A stretch of 32,000 nt of DNA from Dehalococcoidia bacterium (GCA_965248385.1 CBDFIZ010000002.1:1663994-1695993), one strand, 5' to 3'; numbered from the stretch's first letter, positions 1 through 6,813 are shown. Notes: a model not told the origin generated them from the letters alone. Translations and numbers: made by a program.

Positions 1-24
1 GATCGTGCTTACTGAGCGGGTGTT

Positions 25-53
25 CTGGATTCCGGCCTGCGCCGGAATGACGG
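25..53. repeat. REP-like hairpin repeat, family 1 (GGATTCCGGC-CTGC-GCCGGAATGACG), copy 1
   Basis: ctggattccggcctgcgccggaatgacgg forms a 6-bp stem (tccggc/gccgga) with a 4-nt loop. It has conserved GGAT and AATGACG flanks. The same architecture recurs at 164, 4545, 9038 and 21822 (reverse). Confidence 0.8.
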
Positions 54-78
54 GTGGGGTGGTGCCGGGGTTGGAGAG

Positions 79-106
79 GTAGGGGCGATTCGCCAATCGT
101 ACCTAC
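79..106. repeat. Palindromic repeat, family 3 (GTAGGGGCGATTCG/CGAATCGCCCCTAC), degenerate copy
   Basis: gtaggggcgattcgccaatcgtacctac. The left arm is identical to the perfect palindrome at 27424-27455. The right arm carries several mismatches. Confidence 0.7.
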
Positions 107-163
107 GGGATGAGGCAGGGGCCTCGGTTGATACGGGGCTGATTTGTGCAATGGTCTGGGCCG

Positions 164-192
164 TGGGTTCCCGCCTTCGCGGGAATGACGGG
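164..192. repeat. REP-like hairpin repeat, family 1, copy 2
   Basis: tgggttcccgccttcgcgggaatgacggg. The stem is tcccgc/gcggga, changed on both arms relative to copy 1, and the AATGACGG flank is conserved. Confidence 0.75.
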
Positions 193-206
193 GTGGTAGA
201 GGCTTG

Positions 207-548
207 TCAGTCTCCGGGGATGAGTGAGGGGGCCTCGACTTGGACTTCGATCATCTCGAAGGTGGTGGATAGGGAGGGTGGGTCGTCGGTATCAGCGGGG
301 CTTTCGGCACGGCAGTCAACGATGACTTGGCAGTGGTAGGCAATGGCGTCTTCGAGGGGCATGGCTTTTTCGGGTAGGGGGTCACCGTATTCGAGCATTA
401 CTTCTATGTGGCCGGTGATGGCCTCTTGGATCATCTCTTTCATTTCGGCCCAGGTCTTGCCGGTGCTGATGCAGCCGGGCAGGTCTGGGACGTAGGCGCA
501 GTAGTTCTTGGGGCTCCGTTCGAACACGACGGCGTATTGGAGTTTCAT
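207..548 (-). CDS. hicB: HicB-family antitoxin (UPF0150-type N-terminal domain)
   Basis: The inner part of ORF 207..740 reads MKLQYAVVFERSPKNYCAYVPDLPGCISTGKTWAEMKEMIQEAITGHIEVMLEYGDPLP, which is the HicB hallmark (y.a.vPDLPGC...G.T.eE....eAi..h). The ATG at 546-548 has GGAGG 7 nt upstream. The longer ORF upstream only reads through a hicA remnant and a repeat. Confidence 0.85.
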   Translation of the reverse strand: MKLQYAVVFERSPKNYCAYVPDLPGCISTGKTWAEMKEMIQEAITGHIEVMLEYGDPLPEKAMPLEDAIAYHCQVIVDCRAESPADTDDPPSLSTTFEMIEVQVEAPSLIPGD

Positions 549-679
549 CTGCGTTCCTCCAGAGGTCCTGCCTGTCTCAAAATGCTGTGCCAAGTCTTGG
601 GGTGTAGATCGTCGCTGTGATGTTAGAGGATGGTCACACGGCCAAGCTTGGTGGGTGTTGGTAGTGGCGGTGGGCCGGG
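545..679 (-). pseudogene. hicA: hicA toxin remnant, N-terminally truncated by a repeat element and carrying an in-frame TAA
   Basis: The minus-strand translation reads ...PTKLGRVTIL*HHSDDLHPKTWHSILRQAGPLEERR*. This matches the HicA C-terminal pattern (GR.vTiP.H...DL..gT..sILRQAG). Its TGA overlaps the hicB ATG (ATGA). There is an in-frame stop at 623-625. The expected N-terminal half with the GSH motif is replaced by the family-2 repeat that starts at 680. Confidence 0.7.
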
Positions 680-885
680 GTCCTTCGACTGCGGGAGTGG
701 GTTGTACATCCAACCTTGGGCGGTCGGATGTACAACCCACTCCCTTCGCTCAGGACGAACGGGGGGGAGAGGTGACGGGGGCGGCGGGTTTCTGTGGGCG
801 GGTCGGATGTACAACCCACTCCCTTCGCTCAGGACGAACGAGAAGTGGGTGCCGGCGGGTTAGTTTCATCGCATGGACGACGGGC
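680..885. repeat. Composite repeat, family 2, locus 1: 19-bp perfect-stem hairpin, a duplicated right-arm module and a conserved right end
   Basis: The stem is 693-711 gggagtgggttgtacatcc paired with 726-744 ggatgtacaacccactccc. It is followed by cttcgctcaggacgaacgg. The 38-nt segment 724-761 is repeated exactly at 803-840. The right end gttagtttcatcgcatggacgacg (about 860-885) matches 4750-4773. Confidence 0.85.
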
Positions 886-892
886 TGGCGGG

Positions 893-2080
893 CTAGACGT
901 CGGTTACGTCGCGGCCTAGGAGCCAGCGGGCTAGGACCATGCGGTGCATTTCGTCGGTGCCGCCGCCGATGCGGGCGTGGCGCTGGTTGCGGTAGAAGCG
1001 GCTGAGGGGGAGTTCGTAGGTCTCGCCGATGCCTCCGTGGACTTGGAGGGCGTTGTCGAGGCAGCGGTGTCCCCACTGGCCGGACAGCAGCTTGATGAGG
1101 GACCCCAAGTAGCGGGAGTCGCCGTCGATGTCGCCAGCGTCGTATTTGGCGGCTGCGCCGTAGGTCATGGCGCGCAGGGCTTGGATGTCGACGAACATGT
1201 CGACGATCATCCACTGGATGGCTTGGCGGGAGGCGATGGGCTTGCCGAAGCTCTGGCGTTGCCGGGCCCACTCGATGCTCATGTCGAGGGAGCGTTGCAT
1301 CTGGCCTAGGGAGGACGCGCCGCGGGTGAGGCGGTCGTGGGCGACGAGCCAGCGCTGACCCATACGGAAGCCGTAGCCCTCTTCGCCGAGGATGTTGGTG
1401 TGGGGGACTACGACGTTTTCGAGGGTCATCTCGCAGGTGGCGCGCTCGAAGGGGCGGTTGTGCCAAGTCTTGATTTCGGTGACGTTGATGCCGGGAGTGC
1501 CCTTGTCGATGAGGAACATGGTGATACCGCCACGGCGCCTCTTATTTTGGTCGGTGACGGCTTGCAGCATCCAGAAGTCGCAGGCTAGGGAGTTGCTGAT
1601 GAAGAACTTGTGGCCGTTGATAACCCAGTCGTCGCCGTCGCGGACGGCGTGGGTCTGCATGGAGCCGCCGGGGTCGGAGCCGGACTGGGGCTCGGTCTGG
1701 GCGAAGGCGGTGCGCTTTTCGCCACGAAGCACGGGCTCCAAGTACTTGGGGGCCTGCTGGTCGTTGCACTCGTAGAGGATGACGTTGACGGGGCTCTTGG
1801 GGAGGAGGACGGCGCTGCGGTAAATCTCCTCGTCGATGACGCACAGGCCGAGGAGGCCCATGCCCCCGCCGCCGTGCTCCTTGGGTACATGGGCGTCCCA
1901 GATGCCGGTATCTTGGGAGACCTTGCGCAGGTGGGGTTCGTGTTCGGGTTTCAGCTCGTCGTACAGGTCGTCCTTGAGGTACTCGATCTCAAGGGGCATG
2001 CACTCGCGGTCGACGACGTCGCGCACCATGTTTTTCAGTTGGAGATGCTCGTCGGGTAGTTCGGCTAGTGAGTAGTCCAC
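893..2080 (-). CDS. Acyl-CoA dehydrogenase family protein
   Basis: This 395-aa ORF has ACAD-type motifs (FAQTEPQSGSDPGG; LQVHGGIGETYELPLSRFYRNQRHARIGGGTDEMHRMVLAR). The GTG start at 2078-2080 has AAGGAG 6 nt upstream. Confidence 0.9.
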   Translation of the reverse strand: MDYSLAELPDEHLQLKNMVRDVVDRECMPLEIEYLKDDLYDELKPEHEPHLRKVSQDTGIWDAHVPKEHGGGGMGLLGLCVIDEEIYRSAVLLPKSPVNVILYECNDQQAPKYLEPVLRGEKRTAFAQTEPQSGSDPGGSMQTHAVRDGDDWVINGHKFFISNSLACDFWMLQAVTDQNKRRRGGITMFLIDKGTPGINVTEIKTWHNRPFERATCEMTLENVVVPHTNILGEEGYGFRMGQRWLVAHDRLTRGASSLGQMQRSLDMSIEWARQRQSFGKPIASRQAIQWMIVDMFVDIQALRAMTYGAAAKYDAGDIDGDSRYLGSLIKLLSGQWGHRCLDNALQVHGGIGETYELPLSRFYRNQRHARIGGGTDEMHRMVLARWLLGRDVTDV

Positions 2081-2138
2081 GCAGGCTCCTTGGTGGCCCC
2101 TGGGTGTGTGGGGCTGGATGGGTTGAGGGGATTATAGC

Positions 2139-2172
2139 GGGTGGGGGTGGGGGTTGGGGAGTGGGGGTGTGG
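2139..2172 (+). other. G-run cluster (potential G-quadruplex) in the ACAD/higBA divergent intergenic region
   Basis: gggtgggggtgggggttggggagtgggggtgtgg has five or more G3-5 runs separated by 1-2 nt. It lies on the + strand, 59-92 nt upstream of the ACAD start on the other strand. Confidence 0.5.
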
Positions 2173-2215
2173 TAAGGCCAAGGGAGCGTATGGAATAACT
2201 GTCGGTGGATGACGC

Positions 2216-2243
2216 TTGACGTCAGACGTACAGAGTCTTAAAC
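2216..2243 (+). promoter_or_regulatory. Putative higBA promoter with overlapping palindrome
   Basis: TTGACG (2216-2221), 16 nt, TTAAAC (2238-2243). The -35 region sits in gacgcttGACGTCagacgt, which contains the GACGTC palindrome. The higB ATG is only 9 nt after the -10 and has no Shine-Dalgarno sequence. Confidence 0.35.
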
Positions 2244-2252
2244 TACTTCTGC

Positions 2253-2534
2253 ATGATCCTGAGTTATGGAGACAGCAGGACAGCGGTATTTGCAAGCGGA
2301 GAGTTCGTAGCAGCATTCGAAGGGTTTGAGGCCCAAGCGGCGAGGCGTCTTTCGATTCTGAACGCGGCACCGTCTCTAACTACTCTCAGAGGGCTACCGA
2401 GCAATCGCTTGGAAGGTCTGAGAGGGGATAGAGACGGGCAATACTCGATCCGCATCAACCGGCAATGGCGAATCTGTTTCACTTGGGTCGACGAACAGGG
2501 GCCGACCGACGTGGAGATCGTAGACTATCACTAG
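2253..2534 (+). CDS. higB: HigB-type toxin (RelE/ParE superfamily, plasmid maintenance killer protein)
   Basis: MILSYGDSRTAVF...LEGLRGDRDGQYSIRINRQWRICFTWVDEQGPTDVEIVDYH fits the HigB pattern (L.G.r.G.ySirin.qwRi.F.w....v.ivDYH). The partner gene starts 1 nt after its stop. Confidence 0.85.
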   Translation: MILSYGDSRTAVFASGEFVAAFEGFEAQAARRLSILNAAPSLTTLRGLPSNRLEGLRGDRDGQYSIRINRQWRICFTWVDEQGPTDVEIVDYH

Positions 2535-2535
2535 T

Positions 2536-2865
2536 GTGGCTAAGCAGTTTAAAGAACGGGATTGGGATATGTTCAAGCGTGCTGTACATCCAGGGGAAGT
2601 TCTGAAGGGCGAGCTTGAGGAGTTTGGAGTGATTCCGGCGGAGTTCGCGCGACAGATTTCTGTGCCAGCCAACCGCATCAGCCAGATCATTGCTGGCAAG
2701 CGGTCGATTACGGGGGACACGGCGCTACGGTTGGGGCACTGGTTTGGCGTGGAGCCTCAATTCTGGTTGAACCTGCAGACGCAGTTCGACTTGGCAGTGG
2801 CGGATGAGAAGGTAGGCGAAACAGTGATGAGCCTGCCAGTTGCCCCACGGCTCCCTACGGACTAA
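2536..2865 (+). CDS. higA: HigA-family antitoxin (XRE helix-turn-helix)
   Basis: HPGEVLKGELEEFGVIPAEFARQISVPANRISQIIAGKRSITGDTALRLGHWFGVEPQFWLNLQTQFDL is the canonical HigA HTH signature. The start is GTG at 2536, or alternatively ATG at 2569. Confidence 0.85.
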   Translation: MAKQFKERDWDMFKRAVHPGEVLKGELEEFGVIPAEFARQISVPANRISQIIAGKRSITGDTALRLGHWFGVEPQFWLNLQTQFDLAVADEKVGETVMSLPVAPRLPTD

Positions 2866-2936
2866 CCTCCCGCCAGCGTCGTCTCCCGCACTCCCTCGAT
2901 GATGCGGTCGGCGTTGGGGATGCAGTATTGCTCCAT
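2862..2936 (-). pseudogene. Displaced duplicate of the 3' end of the E1 beta gene (last 24 codons)
   Basis: It reads MEQYCIPNADRIIEGVRETTLAGG*, compared with the real C-terminus IMEQYCIPNADRIIQAVRETLGGGLASP*. Segment 2898-2936 matches 3465-3503 at 38 of 39 nt in direct orientation. Confidence 0.8.
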
Positions 2937-2956
2937 CCCTTCAGCGTTAGTGGCCG

Positions 2957-3178
2957 TCATTCCAGCAGCTCGAAGAACTTTTGCCTCGTGAGACTGGCAT
3001 CGAGGATGAGTGCCCGTAACAAGCCTCGGCCCAACTCGCCTGCCTGGGCACCGAGAGCCTCCGACCCATCGGGTCAATGAGGATCATGTGGCTGCCCTCG
3101 GTCCTCTCCCACAAGAATCCGACGCTGGCCACCGCCCTGCGGAAGTCGTACACCCGATAAGACGGGAAGACGTGCCAC
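2957..3178 (-). pseudogene. hicA: hicA-like toxin with two compensating frameshifts
   Basis: Three frame segments read MARLPVLSG / YDFRRAVASVGFLWERTEGSHMILIDPMGRRLSVPRQ / GELGRGLLRALILDASLTRQKFFELLE*. Joined, they give a full HicA pattern (lPv.SG......l...GF...R..GSH...........vP.H.geL..G.l..il.da.l....F.ell). The shifts lie near 3150-3156 and 3040-3045. The start frame hits a TGA unless it is shifted. Confidence 0.7.
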
Positions 3179-3391
3179 TACCCGGGAAGTTCTACGACTG
3201 TGAACTTGGACGACTTAGGCGTGGGTATGTCATGTTCGCGCATGCTTGGTAAGTAGCCTCTGATGGCCTCATGGATGTTCTGTAGTGCCTCTTCCCTCGT
3301 GACCCTGGCTGTGGCATCCCGGAAGAGTTGGGCAGCTAGCCACTTCCCATCCGTCCTCGTCTTGCTCGAAAACTACCAACAGTTTGAGCAA
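3178..3391 (-). pseudogene. hicB: Short hicB-like antitoxin (UPF0150 type) with one frameshift
   Basis: The TTG at 3389-3391 has GAAGGAGG 8 nt upstream. It reads MLKLLVVFEQDEDGWEVASCPTLPGCHSQG, then shifts frame near 3298-3302 and continues TREEALQNIHEAIRGYLPSMREHDIPTPKSSKFTVVELPG*. The length of 214 nt is not a multiple of 3. The stop TAG overlaps the hicA-like GTG by 1 nt. Confidence 0.65.
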
Positions 3392-3419
3392 TGCAGCTTC
3401 CTCCTTCGGCAAGTCCCTT

Positions 3420-4403
3420 CTAGGGGGACGCTAATCCCCCGCCCAATGTTTCCCTCACGGCTTGGATGATGCGGTCGGCGTTGGGGATGCAATATTGCTC
3501 CATGATGGGGGCGTAGGGCATGGGGACGTCGGGGGCGCAGACGCGGACGGGCGGTGACTTGAGGGCACGGAAGGTCGTGGGGTCCTCGACGGTCATGGCG
3601 GCGATTTCGGCGGCGGCGCTGCCGGTGAGGCAGGCTTCGTCGACAACAACTAGGCGGCCTGTCTTGCGGGTGGAGGCGCGGAGGGTGTCCTTGTCCATGG
3701 GCACGAGGGTGCGGGGGTCTACGACCTCGGCGGATATGCCCTCGGAGGCTAGGCGGTCGGCGGCTTCCAAGGCGCGGTGGACCATCTTGGAGATGGCGAC
3801 GATGGTTACGTCTGTGCCCTCGCGCTTGACCTCGGCGCTGCCGATGGGGATGAGGTACTCCTCGTCGGGTATCTCTTGGCTGGAGGACTCGCTGCCGAGC
3901 ATCTGGTCTTCTAGGACTACGACGGGGTTGTTGTCGCGGATGGCGCTTTTCATCAGGCCCTTGGCGTCGTAGGGGGTGGAGGGCATGAGGACTTTGAGGC
4001 CGGCGATGTTGATGAAGAGGGGGTGGGGGCTCTGGGAGTGCTGGGCTGCGGCGGAGCGGCCGGCACCGATGGAGGCGCGGAAGACGATGGGGAAGGGCGT
4101 CTGGCCGCCGAACATGTAGTGAATCTTGGCCATCTGGTTGACGATCTGGTCCATGGCGGTGAAGGCGAAGGTCATCATGCCGGGGCTGACGACGGGGCGG
4201 AAGCCTGCGCCTGCAGCGCCGACGGCGGCTCCCACGTAGGCGGACTCGGAGATGGGGCAGACGCGGACCCGCTGTTCGCCGAACTCGGGGATCAGGGAGG
4301 CCAAGGGGCCGAGGCCGCCGCAGAGGTGGAATACCTTGGGGTCGCGCCGCATCTCCTCGCGGAAGGCTTCGACGGTGGCTTGGGTGTAGGTCAGTTCGGG
4401 CAT
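3420..4403 (-). CDS. 2-oxoacid (pyruvate/acetoin/branched-chain type) dehydrogenase E1 component, beta subunit
   Basis: This 327-aa ORF has a transketolase-like pyrimidine-binding domain and C-terminal domain, with a typical E1 beta N-terminus (TYTQATVEAFREEMRRDPKVF...PISESAYVGAAVGAA). It lies downstream of the E1 alpha gene on the same strand. Confidence 0.9.
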   Translation of the reverse strand: MPELTYTQATVEAFREEMRRDPKVFHLCGGLGPLASLIPEFGEQRVRVCPISESAYVGAAVGAAGAGFRPVVSPGMMTFAFTAMDQIVNQMAKIHYMFGGQTPFPIVFRASIGAGRSAAAQHSQSPHPLFINIAGLKVLMPSTPYDAKGLMKSAIRDNNPVVVLEDQMLGSESSSQEIPDEEYLIPIGSAEVKREGTDVTIVAISKMVHRALEAADRLASEGISAEVVDPRTLVPMDKDTLRASTRKTGRLVVVDEACLTGSAAAEIAAMTVEDPTTFRALKSPPVRVCAPDVPMPYAPIMEQYCIPNADRIIQAVRETLGGGLASP

Positions 4404-4544
4404 TTGGTCACCCTCTCATGTTCAACTATATATCTTGCGACGGAATGGTTCCCACTTTCGCCGGGAAGCTTTATGCGACTCCCCCTTCCCACGTTGACAT
4501 AAATGCCGGTCCAGACTGAAGACGCCGCAGACGTGCATGCTCTT

Positions 4545-4573
4545 CTGGATTCCGGCGAAGGCCGGAATGACGA
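4545..4573. repeat. REP-like hairpin repeat, family 1, copy 3
   Basis: ctggattccggcgaaggccggaatgacga. The stem is tccggc/gccgga with a different loop (gaag), and the flanks are conserved. Confidence 0.8.
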
Positions 4574-4625
4574 ATGGCCCTTGGGCCACGTATGAAGATG
4601 AAAGCGTCTTCCTGCCTGGGGCTGT

Positions 4626-4775
4626 GTCCTTCGACTTCGGGAGAGGGTTGGACATCCAACTTCGGTCGGTCGGGTGTCCAACCCTCTCCCTTCGTTCAGG
4701 ACGAACGGAAGGGGATAAGGGGTGGGCTTCTGTAGCACGGGTGGGCGCGTTATTTTCATGGCAATGACGACGTAA
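4626..4775. repeat. Composite repeat, family 2, locus 2
   Basis: gtccttcgacttcgggagagggttggaca...tgtccaaccctctcccttcgttcaggacgaacgg. The stem arms 4639-4654 and 4675-4690 differ from locus 1 by paired compensatory changes. Shared downstream blocks are gggcttctgtagcacgg and gttattttcatggcaatgacgacg. Confidence 0.8.
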
Positions 4776-4849
4776 TGCTGAGAGCAAAAGGGACACTCGC
4801 TATTCGCGGATGAGTATCCAAAGTCTCAGCGCTTTCGTGATGGGTAGAT

Positions 4850-5818
4850 CTAGTTGGCGAAGACGTCCTGTAAGGCGTCTTCGGGGGCGGGCGAAGGGCT
4901 TACTTTGGCCCAGGACAGGGCGTGGGCGACTCGTTCGTGCACTTGGAGGTGCAGGTGCTCGAGGACTTCGGCGTCGGTGGAGCGGGTGTCGAGGAGGTAG
5001 GAGCCGAAGGCGGTGATGGGGTCGCGGCGCTTCCACGACTCGATCTCTTCTTCTGGTCGGGGGTCGGCTATGGGGCCACGCTGGGCGTTGTGTACGTGCC
5101 AGCGGTAGGTCTTGCACTCAAGGAGGGTTGGGCCCAAGCCGCGGCGGGCGTGCTCGACGGCGGCGCAGGCGGCCTCGTGTACTGCTAGGACGTCGTTGCC
5201 GTCGACTGTTACGCCGGGGATGTTGTAGCTGGCGGACCGGGATGAGATGTCCTGCACTGAGACGGTTTCGCTGGAAGAAACGCTGGAGGCCCAGAGGTTG
5301 TTCTCGCAGACGAAAATCACTGGCAGCTTCCAGACGGAGGCTAGGTTGAGGGCCTCGTGGAAGGCGCCTTCGTTGCTGGCGCCGTCGCCGAAGAAGGCGA
5401 CGGATACACGGTCGCTGCCCTCCATCTGGGCGGCGAGGGCTGCGCCGGTGGCGATGGGGAGGCCGGCGCCGACGATTCCGTTGGCGCCGAGCATGCCGAT
5501 GCTGAAGTCGGCGATGTGCATGGAGCCGCCCTTGCCCTTGCAGTAGCCGTTACTCTTGCCGAGGAGCTCGGCCATCATGCGCCGAATGTCGGCGCCCTTG
5601 GCGATGGTGTGGCCGTGGCCGCGGTGGGTGCTGACGATCATGTCGTCTTCACGGAGGGCGAAGCAGACACCGACGGCGACGGCTTCCTGGCCGACATAAG
5701 AGTGGACAGCGCCGGGTATGGTGCCAGCATGGAACTCGTCGACGGCTGTCTGGTCAAATACGCGGATGGTGTACATGCGCTGGTACATGGAGATAAGGCG
5801 TCGATTGTCCAACTCCAT
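4850..5818 (-). CDS. TPP-dependent 2-oxoacid dehydrogenase E1 component, alpha subunit
   Basis: This 322-aa ORF carries the TPP-binding motif GDGASNEGAFHEALNLASVWKLPVIFVCENN (GDG...NN) plus HRGHGH and YRWHVH elements typical of PdhA/AcoA-type E1 alpha. Confidence 0.9.
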   Translation of the reverse strand: MELDNRRLISMYQRMYTIRVFDQTAVDEFHAGTIPGAVHSYVGQEAVAVGVCFALREDDMIVSTHRGHGHTIAKGADIRRMMAELLGKSNGYCKGKGGSMHIADFSIGMLGANGIVGAGLPIATGAALAAQMEGSDRVSVAFFGDGASNEGAFHEALNLASVWKLPVIFVCENNLWASSVSSSETVSVQDISSRSASYNIPGVTVDGNDVLAVHEAACAAVEHARRGLGPTLLECKTYRWHVHNAQRGPIADPRPEEEIESWKRRDPITAFGSYLLDTRSTDAEVLEHLHLQVHERVAHALSWAKVSPSPAPEDALQDVFAN

Positions 5819-5896
5819 GAGGGCCTCCGAAATTGGTGTCAGGTTGCGCTCATTCTACCACTTGGCCTCGCGTCCTTCTTGCATGACATCCTTGCA

Positions 5897-5925
5897 TTGA
5901 CACCCCCCGTCTCAACGGCTATGTT
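5897..5925 (+). promoter_or_regulatory. Putative sigma70-type promoter for the VOC gene
   Basis: TTGACA (5897-5902), 17 nt, TATGTT (5920-5925). It lies about 55-65 nt upstream of the VOC start. Confidence 0.45.
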
Positions 5926-5980
5926 CCAACCGCAAGGCTTCCTTGGGGAGTAGCTGCGCCATAGTGCGCGATACGGAGGA

Positions 5981-6367
5981 ATGACGGCGATGGTACTGGG
6001 CATTGACCATATAGAGTTGATAGTGAGAGACGTAGACGAGTACGTTGAGTTCTACCAGAAGATGGGGTTCAAGCTGTTGCTGCGAACGGGGCATCACGGC
6101 GGTTCGGCGGAATTGCAGTTGCCCGGTGAAAACCAGCCGGTGATAGAGATTCATACCGTCACCGGTGAGGAGACGATCGGGGTCAACCACATAGCCTTCA
6201 AGGTGGAGAGCGCTCAGGGGACCTACGAGGAGATGCTGCAGAAGGACCTCTCCCCGGAGCGTGGTCCCCACTACGTGGCTGCCACAGGGCGCACCAACGT
6301 CAACTTCCGCGACCCCGATGGCTGGCGTCTCCAGATGGTGGACTCGGAGCGGAAAGAGCCGGAGTAG
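5981..6367 (+). CDS. VOC (glyoxalase/bleomycin resistance/extradiol dioxygenase) family protein
   Basis: IDHIELIVRDVDEYVEFYQKMGF...VNHIAFKVES...NFRDPDGWRLQMV shows paired beta-alpha-beta-beta-beta VOC motifs. The ATG at 5990 may be the real start, because GGAGGA lies 9 nt upstream of it. Confidence 0.8.
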   Translation: MTAMVLGIDHIELIVRDVDEYVEFYQKMGFKLLLRTGHHGGSAELQLPGENQPVIEIHTVTGEETIGVNHIAFKVESAQGTYEEMLQKDLSPERGPHYVAATGRTNVNFRDPDGWRLQMVDSERKEPE

Positions 6368-6422
6368 TGGAGGCAGAGCGGACGGCATCCTTGCTCAGGG
6401 AAGCTAGTTTACAGGGCACTAA

Positions 6423-6716
6423 ATGCAGGCGGTGGCGGCATTCATGGCAGAAATGACAGACTCCCCACAGTACGGCGCACCCAAGACAGACTTCAATGTG
6501 GTGGACTTGCAGACCGGCGAGCGCATGCGTCTTGCAGATGGCACCATGGCCGAGGTGGTCTCCAATCCCCGTGACGGCATGTGGGTCATGGTGCTCTTCT
6601 TGGACTCGCCCTCCGACCCCTCCCAAAACGACACCGAGGGCTTGGCCTTCGCGGAAGACATCGTGGAGGTCTTTGAGGCCCGAGGACCTGGAGACGCCGT
6701 ACCAGAGGATGGCTAG
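6423..6716 (+). CDS. Hypothetical small acidic protein
   Basis: This 97-aa ORF has no overlapping competitor and a plausible composition. I recognise no motif. There is no strong RBS, and the start could be 6444 or 6453. Confidence 0.4.
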   Translation: MQAVAAFMAEMTDSPQYGAPKTDFNVVDLQTGERMRLADGTMAEVVSNPRDGMWVMVLFLDSPSDPSQNDTEGLAFAEDIVEVFEARGPGDAVPEDG

Positions 6717-6813
6717 TTTCCGTTAACGTGCGCCTTCTCTCTGAAGTACGGCCCCTTGGACTGTTTGGAGTCATGGTCGTAGTGTCGCTGAACTACATAG
6801 GTGTTCGCAGCCC

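Noticed and set aside
207-740. The full 177-aa version of the hicB ORF.
   Set aside because: The N-terminal 64 codons read through the hicA remnant (in another frame) and the repeat element. The HicB homology and a GGAGG RBS begin at the internal ATG at 546-548.
680-842. Possible CRISPR array, suggested by repeated hairpin units of about 38-45 nt.
   Set aside because: There are only about one and a half units here. The spacing is irregular, there are no cas genes, and the same element recurs as a single copy at 4626-4775 with flanking conserved blocks. That behaviour fits a REP/MITE-like element, not a CRISPR array.
750-1466. Long antisense or alternative-frame ORFs inside well-supported genes. 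Examples are 750..1466, 5357..5953, 8277..8918, 9038..9781, 12370..12942, 15091..15687, 21801..22553, 25488..26165 and 26144..26729.
   Set aside because: They overlap genes that carry clear family motifs. Their translations are Arg/Pro/Gly/Ala-rich and low in complexity, as expected for shadow frames in high-G+C DNA. None shows a recognisable motif or an RBS.
4391-4796. ORFs 4391..4759, 4422..4796, 4471..4659 and 4537..4767, and likewise 508..1005, 623..814, 630..863 and 634..819.
   Set aside because: They are translations of the intergenic repeat families (hairpins read in several frames on both strands). The same DNA is open in multiple frames, and the peptides are repeat-derived (…SLRSGRT…, …AGMT…).
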